A stretch of 63,816 nt of DNA, filler included, from Octopus bimaculoides (Eukaryota): NCBI RefSeq assembly GCF_001194135.2. It is 7 parts of 6 records of this genome, joined end to end, with 100 filler letters (N's around TTAATTAATTAA, not from the genome) between each part and the next. Parts side by side here need not be neighbours in the genome. Positions count along the whole stretch, not along the records: positions 28,979 to 46,936 come from NC_068997.1; positions 47,037 to 56,686 come from NC_068985.1; 5 more parts are not named here. The stretch is one strand, 5' to 3'. Each line of letters opens with the position of its first letter. Within the stretch, counting starts at the first letter, position 1. A model generated the notes under the pieces. That model saw only the letters and a program-made list of their open reading frames with translations. It had not been told where the DNA came from and did no database searches. A program made the position numbers and the translations under genes. Of the stretch, positions 34,540 to 49,620 are shown one piece after another.

Positions 34540-34935
34540 CTAAGAAGCTCGCTTCCCAACTAGAAGGTTCTGATTTCAGTCCCGCTGTGGCAACTTCGGT
34601 AAATGTTTTCTACCATAGCCTTAGGCTGACCAAAGCCTTGTGAGTGGATTAGGTTGGCGGAAACTGAAAGAAACCCGTTTTCCACACACATACACACATA
34701 CACACACACATGCATATACGCGCGCTAGTATTTGTGTGTCTTGGTTTGTTTCCTGTTATCGCTTGACAGCCGGTGTTGGTGTGTTTACGTCCCAATAAAT
34801 TAGCAGTTCGGCAAACAGACCGATAGATAATGTACCAGGCATAAAAAAAATAAGCACCGGGGTCAATTCATTTAGCTAAAAATTCTTTAAGGGGATGCTT
34901 CAGTATGGCCGCAGTGACTGAAACAAGTACAAGAT
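34540..34935 (+). mobile_element. SINE family A
   Basis: Head remnant, GACCAAAGCCTTGTGAGTGG, core and GACTGAAACAAG tail. Confidence 0.85.
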
Positions 34936-34956
34936 AAATGATAATATATCTATCTT

Positions 34957-34987
<31 letters not shown>

Positions 34988-35047
34988 CTGTCCCTCTCTC
35001 TCTCTGTCCCCTCTCTCTCTCTGTCCCTCTCCCCCTCTCTGTGTTTG

Positions 35048-35079
<32 letters not shown>

Positions 35080-35088
35080 AGCCTGTCG

Positions 35089-35119
<31 letters not shown>

Positions 35120-35240
35120 GTATGTATGTGTGTGTGTGTGTGTGTGTGTGTATGTTAGTGTGTTTGTGTTTGTCCCCCCACCATCGCTTGACAAAGGTGT
35201 TAATGTTTACGTCCCCGTAACTTAGCGGTTCTGCAAAAAG

Positions 35241-38200
35241 TGAGGGTCCAATGGCCTAACAGCAACCTTGAAGAGCTATGGTTTCCACAGGTCCATGGTA
35301 CAGATCGTGTGAAAGAAATGAGTTTATACGCTCCTATGCTTTTGTCAAGCCACATATCGACTGACTAGAAAACATAATGAAGGAAACAGAAGTGCTCAAC
35401 GACGACCTTGCATGTCTGGAAACCAATGAAGGACAAATAGACAGTAAAAAAAAAAAACTGCGAACATCACTGGCGCCAAACGAACACTGACAGAAGCAAC
35501 GGCTGCAATGAGAACCGTCAGTGAGAATCGTCAAAATAGAGGTAGACAAAAAACTGACACAGCTAAAAAAACTGACGCCCTGAAGTTCAAAGGTAACAGG
35601 AAAGACAAGAACAAAGACAAAAACCCAAAACGCCAAAAGGAAAAACAAAGAAACGCAAGGACAGAACCCAGGTTGTATGTAAATTTTACTTAAATGGCAC
35701 CTATTGGCATGGAAAAAGGAGAGAAGGCTGCAGCTTTGCCCATCCCAAATCTTATCGGAATGACAAGCAGGGTAACCACCTGAAACAAAACCAGCAAAAA
35801 CAAAGAGGGAAATCATGAAGCATGGATCTTCAGAGTAATAGTGCACCAACAGGAAGAAATGCGTCTCAAAAGAGTAGGAAAAGAGATCAGTACATGCACT
35901 CTGCACCCATCAAAAGATAATATGCAGAGACTGTATGAACTGCAGCTATCGAACAACAGTATTTTTTGAACACGGCCCAAAAGATAGTGCAGCAGCTGAT
36001 ATGGATGCACAGGATGCAAACTCAAAGCCATGCATTCCAATGCACAAGACCGCCTCAGGTGACAGGCCCAGGATGGCCACCACTAATACATACCCCGATA
36101 TCGCACCCGTATTCCTACTGAACATTGGAGGTCTGCTAAAACTCAGCAACAGAGGTAAAAATTCTTTATCTAAAAGAGCTTGCTACATGCAATCAAGCAA
36201 TATGCATGACACTCACTGAAATGCATCTAACCCCTAATGAGACAGATGCGGAAGTACACATACCAGGTTATGCTGTATTTCGTACAGACAGAAGAGGAAG
36301 AAGCCACGGCAGAGTTGCTATGTACATCTGCGAAGATGTGACACCTCTTGAATTATTGTCACATTCAAACACAGTTTGCGATACTTTAATAATACATATA
36401 AATCAAATTGATGTAGTTGTATGCACAATATATCGTCCGCCGAATACCACAAAATATGACAGCAAATTTGAGGATAGCCTCAAACACATTGAAGAGGTAT
36501 TAACAAACCTAGATCAGAACACCAACATACTCTTCGTGGGTGACTTTAACCTCTCACATGTTAAATGGCCAGAAGGCCATATCCTTTCTGGGATGTCATT
36601 GCATGAACAAAAGTATGTAGATTCATTACTTGAACTTACTGTTCATAGAGCAAGTGATACTCAGGTCAACCAGGGAAAGCAACATATTGGACCTTATCCG
36701 TAATCTGAAGGCGACAGCAACAGCACTCTCAGATCACAATATTGTTGAACTAACTATGTTTGGTCCTTAGCAACTGCTGGTATCTACCCTGTCAGGAGGA
36801 TTCAAGCCTTATCCAACTTGAATTTCGATAAAACAAAATGGGAATCAATCCACAAAGAGATCCACAAACGAAACTGGTCCAACATTTTATGTAAGAGAGA
36901 CATTGACTTGAAACTCAGCCAGTTTATATCAACAGTGCAAGTTATATGTACTAAATATATCCCAAAAAGAAAGGCCAGCATACTGACAAACAAGATTTGC
37001 AATGACAGAAAAATCTTTACGAGACGCAGGTGAAAGGTCTCAAAGTGGCTGAATAGACAACTGAAGGTTAGCGAGAAGTCTATCTTAATATGGACACTCT
37101 TAGAAATCGAAAGTGAGATCAAACTCTCTTACGAAAGGGAAAGAGCAGAGAGGAGAGAGAACAGAGCTGTGGAAAGCATAAAAACAAATCCCAAAGCTTT
37201 CTATAAATTCGCAAAGGAAACAGCCACAATACAAATTTAAATAGGACCATTGTTCCAAGGGAATGACTCACTGACAGCGGACCCAGAAAGGATAAATGAA
37301 ATACTCAGTGAACAATTTAAAAGTGTCTTCACTTTTTCCCTTGGACACATGCTGATAAAAAATCCGGTTGAATTCTTTAATATTGCAGCTCTGAAAAAGG
37401 AGGTGCTAGCCATCGATTACATCAACATCGAGGAGACAGATGTAACAGCGGCCATAGACGAATTGAGCTCATGCTCCGCAACTGGTCCTGGTGGCTTCCC
37501 ATCTATTCTCTTGAAGTCATGTAAGCAGGTTTTAGTGGTAAACTTCCTAAAAAGCAAAGGTGGAAGCAGAGCAGAGACCAAAAACTACCGGCCAATCTCT
37601 CTGACTTCACATATCAGTAAAGTCATGGAGTGAATCATCAGAAAGAGGGTGATAATGTTCCTAGAAGAAAATGACCTACTGAATAATACCCAGTATGTCT
37701 TCCGTCAAGGAAGAAGCTGCCTCACACAACTCTTACAACACTATGAATGGATTTTGAAACAGCTGCTTGACCATTCAGATATCAGTGTGATATACTTTGA
37801 TTTCGCAAAGGCATTTGATAAGGTAGATCATGGAATGATATGTCATAAGCTACGAGACCTTGACATTGCTGGTAAACTGGGAGAGTGGATGCATGACTTC
37901 CTTATAGACAGAAGCCAGGTAGTTGCAGCCAATGGTGCCCTTTCAGAGGAAACTCAGATCCTAAGTGGCGTCCCCCAGGGAACTGTTCTGGGACCATTAC
38001 TGTTCATAATAGTCCCCTTAGACATGCCCACGGTTACTCGAACAGCCACTGTCACTAGCTGTGCTAATGATGCAAAATTATCACCGGCAATAAAAAATCA
38101 AGATGACGTCGCTAGCTTACAGCGGGACCTGAATTCGATATACAAGTGGGCCGAAAATAACAATATGCAGTTTAATGCTGGAAAATTTCAAGCACTGCAC

Positions 38201-39411
38201 TATCAACTCACAAATACACTACAGCCTACATATACAGGACCCGAAGGCAGTAAAAGACTTGGGGATCAGTATGTGCAATGACGCATCATTTTATATGCAC
38301 ATTGCTGAGATGGCAGCAAAGTGCAGACAACTGGCAGGATAGATACTGAGGTCGTTCAAGAGAACAGATCAAGAAAATATGTTGACTCTATGGAGAACCT
38401 TTGTTCTCAGCCGCCTGGACTACTGCTCCTAGTTATGGTCACCGCATGGTGCCAGACTAACAGCGGGGCTTGAAGCAGTCCAGCGCCACTACACTAAAAA
38501 GATTGAAACATTGCAGTGGATGAGCTACAGGGATAGGATGAGGAAACTGCAACTTTACCTCCTGGATCGAAGGCACGACAGATATGCAATAATCTACAAA
38601 TGGAAAACTCTAGAAGGGCTAGCACCTAATTTCGGCGTTGAGTGTTATACAAATGCCAGAACTAGCTGCCATTTGATATCATCCACTCTATATAAATTCA
38701 AGAACAAGTNNNNNNNNNNCGTTCAAGAGAACAGATCAAGAAAATATGTTGACTCTATGGAGAACCTTTGTTCTCAGCCGCCTGGACTACTGCTCCTAGT
38801 TATGGTCACCGCATGGTGCCAGACTAACAGCGGGGCTTGAAGCAGTCCAGCGCCACTACACTAAAAAGATTGAAACATTGCAGTGGATGAGCTACAGGGA
38901 TAGGATGAGGAAACTGCAACTTTACCTCCTGGATCGAAGGCACGACAGATATGCAATAATCTACAAATGGAAAACTCTAGAAGGGCTAGCACCTAATTTC
39001 GGCGTTGAGTGTTATACAAATGCCAGAACTAGCTGCCATTTGATATCATCCACTCTATATAAATTCAAGAACAAGTACAGCAATAGTCTGGGGTTCAAAA
39101 GCTCACAGTTTTTCAATGCCCTCCCACAAAAATTAAGAAATCTGCATAAGGTGGAAGTAGATGTCTTCAAAAAGGAAAAAGACATTCTCCTGTCCACAAT
39201 ACCAGATGAACCAACAGCCCGACATGGGGTGCGGACGAGAGCAACGGAATCAAACTCCCTTATACACCAAATGGGCCAACAATTGCGACAAAGGCACATA
39301 CAGGAGTGGTGAACTGAAACACCCCAGACTGAGGAAATCAGAAAGACCACGGTGGTGCTCCAGCATGACAGCAGCCGTATGGCTGAAACGAGTAAAAAAG
39401 AGACTAAAAAG
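35241..39411 (+). mobile_element. CR1/L2-group LINE, near full-length pseudogene (ORF1 remnants, APE, RT)
   Basis: APE: LTEMHL, PGYAVFRTDR, YRPP, GDFNL. RT: NYRPISLTSHISKVME, FRQGRSCLTQLL, DFAKAFDKVDH, SGVPQGTVLGPLLF, CANDAK (decayed YADDxK). Many stops and frameshifts. Confidence 0.93.
38353..39076 (+). repeat. 357-bp tandem duplication around a 10-N gap (probable assembly overlap artefact)
   Basis: 38353-38709 appears identical to 38720-39076. Confidence 0.85.
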
Positions 39412-39442
39412 GAATATACATATATAAAGATGAGAATGAGTC

Positions 39443-39480
<38 letters not shown>

Positions 39481-39934
39481 TCCCTTCCACCCTCTCCCTT
39501 CATCGTTACCCCCTCACTCGTTACCCCACCTCTACATATTCCAGCCCCACCATCCATATACATCCCATCCCTCCATCCCTTAGACACCACCCTTGCTCTC
39601 CACTCTCACCTCCTCAACACCAACACCACCACACTACACGACCACACCACGACATCACACACCACCACACCACACACCACCATACCACACCACATCACAC
39701 CACCCCGCCCACACTAGCACTGACCACTTCCTAGCACCTACACCATCGCACACACTAGCAGTGACCATTTCCCAGCATCTACACCATCATCCACACACCT
39801 ACATATGCACTCACGCTCACGTCAAGGTCATCATCCCCATTTCACATGCTCTCACATACACACGCACCAGTACCTTCATTTTGGGATCTCCCCTTCTTCC
39901 TAGCTCTCCTGTGTGACCCCTCTATCCGGCATTT

Positions 39935-40125
39935 GCCATGATAGATCGCTAACCACTAAACCTTTTTCTATTTTCTCTCCTTGTTTATTTCTGTGTTCCT
40001 TTCTGTTGAAGAGCGTAGGCTCGAAACGTAAAAGATGTTCTCACTTCCAGAGCGTTAAACTAATACATCTGTTTGTTGTTTACACACCCGTCTTCGTCGT
40101 CTGTGTTTTTTAGTAAATTCTCATT
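39935..40125 (+). mobile_element. Penelope-LTR-like repeat with minimal hammerhead motif, copy 2
   Basis: CTTT-CTGTTGA-A-GAGC-GTAG-GCTC-GAAAC-GTA-AAAG at 39999-40034. Confidence 0.6.
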
Positions 40126-40278
40126 ATATATAGATATATATGTTTATATATGTATATATGTAGGTATGCATATGTGTGTATATATATGTGTGTGTGTGCG
40201 TGCATGTATATATGTGTACATATTACATATACATTTATATATATAGATGTATATGTAATATGTACACATATATACATG

Positions 40279-40367
<89 letters not shown>

Positions 40368-40459
40368 GTACATATACATACATATACACACACACACATA
40401 TACACACACATACACGCAAGCATATACAACACACAAACACACACACACACACACACATA

Positions 40460-40830
40460 TAGGAGCAGGTGTGGCTGTGTGGCAAGAAACTTGGTTCCAA
40501 AACACATGGTCCTGGGTTCAGTCCCACTGTGTGGTAACTTGGCATGTGTCTTCTGCTTTAGCCTCAGACCAACCACAGACTTGTGGGTGGATTTCGTAGA
40601 CAGAAACTGAAAGAAATCAATCGTATATATATATGTATATATGTAAGTGTATGTGTGTCTTTGTGCCTGTATTTCTCCCTCATCACTGCTTCACAACTGC
40701 TGTTGGTTTATTTACATCCCCATAACTTACTGGTTTAATAAAAAGAGACTGATAGAATAAGTATCAAGCCTATCAAAATTTAAAAAAAAGTTCTGGGGTC
40801 GATTCATGCGACAAAAAATTCTTCAGGGTA
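40460..40830 (+). mobile_element. SINE family A
   Basis: GGAGCAGGTGTGGCTGTGTGG head, core and partial tail. Confidence 0.85.
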
Positions 40831-40892
40831 GTGTCTCATATTTTTCTTTGCCCACTCAATTGCATCTATCAATCTATCTTTCTATATATATA

Positions 40893-40931
<39 letters not shown>

Positions 40932-41009
40932 TATATATACATGTATGTATATGTGCATATTCATATCTGTTATATAAAAGTCAATGTCCTTATGTATGTT
41001 CGTGTGTGA

Positions 41010-41507
41010 CTTATAGACTTGAAAACAGCTGCACCGATCCTAATGAAACTTGCAACACAAAATCCAAGCCAAGGGAGAAGGGTAATGCTGTATGTTTCAT
41101 ACAATTTCATGGACCAAAATTACTGACTGGACTCTTATGATATTTGGAACTTATATTCAATGCATATGGGTGGGTATAATGCAGTATGTTTGGTTTGAAT
41201 TTGAGGCGGCTTAAAGGGGGCAGAACTCCCCCCCCCCATGAAACTTTCTGCTTCTCATGAGTATTCTAAGACCCGCTAATGGGGGCCTTAACTCCCAAAT
41301 TTTAGTCATTTTTTTATGATCCAAAACTACCTCAAAATTATTGAATGGATCTTGATGAAATTTGGAAATTATATTCTATGCATAAGGACAGATGTAATGC
41401 AGTATGTTTGAAAGTGAGGGGGAATAAATGAGGCCATAACCCTCATGAAAATTCATATATTTTTGCTGCTGATGGAATTTTAACCATAGATATTAGACAC
41501 AAATGAA
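41010..41507. mobile_element. Unclassified repeat with internal imperfect repeats (Helentron/DINE-like, tentative)
   Basis: TAATGC(A/T)GTATGTTT at 41083, 41177 and 41395. GATC.T.ATGAAA.TTG occurs twice. Confidence 0.35.
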
Positions 41508-42474
41508 NNNNNNNNNNNNNNNNNNNNNNNNNNNNNNNNNNNNNNNNNNNNNNNNNNNNNNNNNNNNNNNNNNNNNNNNNNNNNNNNNNNNNNNNNNNNN
41601 NNNNNNNNNNNNNNNNNNNNNNNNNNNNNNNNNNNNNNNNNNNNNNNNNNNNNNNNNNNNNNNNNNNNNNNNNNNNNNNNNNNNNNNNNNNNNNNNNNNN
41701 NNNNNNNNNNNNNNNNNNNNNNNNNNNNNNNNNNNNNNNNNNNNNNNNNNNNNNNNNNNNNNNNNNNNNNNNNNNNNNNNNNNNNNNNNNNNNNNNNNNN
41801 NNNNNNNNNNNNNNNNNNNNNNNNNNNNNNNNNNNNNNNNNNNNNNNNNNNNNNNNNNNNNNNNNNNNNNNNNNNNNNNNNNNNNNNNNNNNNNNNNNNN
41901 NNNNNNNNNNNNNNATGTATGTATGTATGTATGTATGTATGTATGTGCGTGCGTGCGTGTTTGTATCTTTACGAAATCAGGCTTTCAAGGTATTTGGTTA
42001 ACCCGAGGCAACGGTAGATGAAAACTTTCCTAAATTGCAACGCCGTGTGATCGAAGCTGGGTATATGCGATTACAAAAGGGACCCACTTAAGCGGCACAG
42101 TCAAGCTTAGCTAGCAACCACCTGTTTAGAATTTCAACTTAGAATACTTTGTGGGGGTGAAACAATCTAACGTGACGCAATCTTGTTTAGCTTGGTGCTC
42201 TACTGTGTCTGTCAGCAAACACACAAACACTTGAATGATTCTCAGCTGTCAGCTGAAATACGATGCATTATTGCACTTCAACTATGCTGACTGCGTAGTT
42301 TCTCTCTTGATTCTGCATGCTAATGCAGCTTACACATTCAACTAAGCTCAGCACTTGCATTTCTCTTGTATAGACAGTCTGCTGTTGTGCTTGCTGTCGT
42401 AGGCTTTCTTTGTCCCTATTCTTCATAAAATGAATATTTTTGCCTTTCTCTCATTCTCTCTCCGTCTCTCCGTC

Positions 42475-46450
<3,976 letters not shown>

Positions 46451-46652
46451 GCGCAACACATTTTCAAATTATTGCCAAGTCGCACGCCGAAAATTTTGCA
46501 CTCACCAATTCCCTTTCATGTTGCCGCCACTTCCAACGCCAGTACCGCTGCATCGCCCCTGCCTCGCCATCATAATATTGCTGCACATGCATGCATGCAT
46601 GCAACAGAAACCATGGTAAATGGACTAGTTTTATGTAATCACACCATGTGCA

Positions 46653-46694
46653 GTGTCACGTTGACCTGGGCGTTGGTGGAGGTCAGCGTGACCT
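46653..46694. promoter_or_regulatory. Candidate nuclear-receptor element: perfect ERE palindrome plus imperfect ERE
   Basis: AGGTCA-GCG-TGACCT at 46680-46694 and GTGTCA-CGT-TGACCT at 46653-46667. Motif only, no functional data. Confidence 0.35.
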
Positions 46695-46763
46695 TACCGG
46701 CTCACTTTGGCACAGCCGGACTTTGTAACGTCGCCAAACCAAACCTGGTCACAAACCATCGTG

Positions 46764-46831
<68 letters not shown>

Positions 46832-46936
46832 ATGGCGATGATGGTGGTGGTGGTGACAGATATGATGATATTGATAGAGGTAATAGTAAGGGCTTTGGTG
46901 GCGGCGGCGGTGGTAGTGGTGATGATTGATGATGAT

Positions 46937-47036
46937 NNNNNNNNNNNNNNNNNNNNNNNNNNNNNNNNNNNNNNNNNNNNTTAATTAATTAANNNNNNNN
47001 NNNNNNNNNNNNNNNNNNNNNNNNNNNNNNNNNNNN
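46937..47036. other. Artificial contig-join spacer
   Basis: 44 N + TTAATTAATTAA + 44 N. Confidence 0.95.
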
Positions 47037-47246
47037 ACCTCCCCATTTATTGGGAATTTTTTGTATTATTTCGTATTTTTTGTAAATACCCCAAACGTTT
47101 TGCGATGTTTTTTTTTCATCGTTGTCCCCACTTTTGTTTTTTTTTCTGCTTTGTTTTCGACCCCCTCGAAAAGAAAAACTCTACATTTGTATTTTGTCCA
47201 CTCTGTGTTGAGCCCTGTGTGGCTAATAAAGAAACCTATCTATCTG

Positions 47247-47321
<75 letters not shown>

Positions 47322-48444
47322 GTCTGTCTATCTATACACGCATTGATATAAGTGTCGTTAATTACTACCTCTCTAGAGAACTGTATTGGGAAAAGTAGCT
47401 CTGAAACTCTAAAGGCTATCGCCGGCGAATTTGGTTGTAGTTCTACAGAACACTTATTCTTACATTCCAGTATGCATTATCAATTATTTTAAAAATAATT
47501 CAAATGCTCTTTCCATCATTTGATACATGCACATTTTGACATTAGTATAAAAACACATTTATAAATGAATGACAGTGTAACTTCGTAATAAATATTCATG
47601 CCAGTCTTATGTCTTGTATATTTTTATGTCTTAACTAACATTTATATACATACATGTACATACAAACACTTACACGCTTACGCTCCTTTCTTTGCTTCCT
47701 ATACACACATACATACATTCTTACTCACATACATATGTATATAGTACGCTAAAGTACTGTTGCTGAATGATGTCTCTCGTTCAGAGATTTAGAACTAATA
47801 GTTTATTTAAATATATATATATATATATATGCATGCATAATTGAATGTATACAGTATTAGGATAAGAGCTAATACTTTCTTTAATGGATCACTATATATA
47901 TATATATAGTACTATACAGAATACCGAAAGGATCTTCACCTCTTACATCACACCTTTCTTCCTACTTCAACGCCGAGGTGGTATAATTTCCTGGGAGAGA
48001 AATAATTTTGCGGCTGAGGATAGCTTTACATTGTAAATTATACACATACAAAGCTTGAAACACGTGTACCGCGGAATCCTTTGTAGTTTTGTTGTTATTT
48101 TTGGGATTTACAATTTATTCTTTCACCGCAACCACCAGCTGTCATACACAGGTGCTTACAATTGTCAAGTATTACCTCTAAATTTCAATTTACCTGTATA
48201 TATANNNNNNNNNNNNNNNNNNNNNNNNNNNNNNNNNNNNNNNNNNNNNNNNNNNNNNNNNNNNNNNNNNNNNNNNNNNNNNNNNNNNNNNNNNNNNNNN
48301 NNNNNNNNNNNNNNNNNNNNNNNNNNNNNNNNNNNNNNNNNNNNNNNNNNNNNNNNNNNNNNNNNNNNNNNNNNNNNNNNNNNNNNNNNNNNNNNNNNNN
48401 NNNNNNNNNNNNNNNNNNNNNNNNNNNNNNNNNNNNTATATATA

Positions 48445-49620
48445 CGAAGGTGAGTCAAAAAGGAATGCCATTTTGTTTAGCAGGTCATCCCATAAGTTCT
48501 GTCCGAATTTTGAATAAAAAAAACAAGTGATCAAATGTTATATTTAATTGAAGTTTAATCATCAATATACTTTCCCTGATTATCTATGACATCAATTTAC
48601 AAGCTTTTTAATGCCATCAATGTAAAACTGTTTTGGTTTCACAGCAAAGAACTCTGAAATGTCAGTTTCGACCTCCTCCTAGCTTGCGAAATTTATGTCC
48701 CCCAAATGATTCTGTAAACTACGAAACAAATGGTAGTCTGAAGGAGTAAGGTCAGGAGAATAAGGTGGATGAGGAATTATTTCCCAGCCAAGCTCTTCGA
48801 TCTTCTGTGATGTGATCTTTGCAGTGTTGGGTCGCGTATTATCCTGATGAAACATCACTACTTTTCAATTCACTAAAGCGGGTCTTTTTTTCTTCAAAGC
48901 TTGGTTCGAACGCTTTAATTGCTGACAGCAGACTTGAGAATTGATTGTTGCATTAGTTGGTGACAATTTGAAGTGAATTACTCCTTTGCAATCCCACCAG
49001 ATAGAGAGAAGAACCTTTTTCCCATGAAGTTCCCTTCTCAGTTGCGGTTGAGCTTTTTCCCTTTTACCAAGCCATTGTTTACGACGTTTAACATTTCGAT
49101 AGAAGATCCATTTTTCGTCACCAGTCTATCTATAAAGGGTGAAATAAGTTCGCGAGAATGGAGGGAAGAGCAGATATCAACTCAGGATTTGCGATTGCTT
49201 TCGGACAATTCATGAGGCACCCATTTTCCAAGTTTAGGGACCTTCCCAAGTTGTTGAAGATGACGATGAACAGTTGTATGGTTTGAACTAAGCTTTATTG
49301 CCAATTCCTCAACTGATAATGCAGGATTTTCTTCAAGTAATGCCTCAAGGAGCTTATCATCAAACTCAACTGGACGTCCTGTTTCGAGCTTCATTTTCAA
49401 GGCTGAAATCTCTTCTTCTGAATTTTGCAAACCATCTTCTGCAAGTTCTTTCATTCAAGCATTCTTTCCCATAAACTGAGTGTATGTTTCGAGTCGCTTC
49501 AGCTGCAGAGTTTCCTTTTTTGTACTCATAAAGCATTATGTGCCTCAAATGCTCTTTGGATACTTCCATGTTAGAAAGGGTTTTAATCAAAGAAATTTTA
49601 ATTCTATTATTCTGTAAAAT
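48445..49620 (-). mobile_element. mariner (D,D34D) transposon, defective, one TIR missing
   Basis: HTH N-terminus (MEVSKEHLRHIMLYEY), WVPHEL, DEKWIFY, KKVLLSIWWD, QDNTRP, HPPYSPDLTPSDYHLF. TA|CGAAGGTGAGTC TIR at the left end. Confidence 0.93.

Noticed and set aside
38353-39076. 357-bp tandem duplication in the LINE giving twin ORFs at 38511 and 38878
   Set aside because: The copies appear identical and flank a 10-N gap, typical of an unmerged contig overlap.
48055-48204. Signal-anchor-like peptide (KHVYRGILCSFVVIFGIYNLFF)
   Set aside because: Non-ATG start, an upstream in-frame stop, runs into a gap, and no family match recognised.
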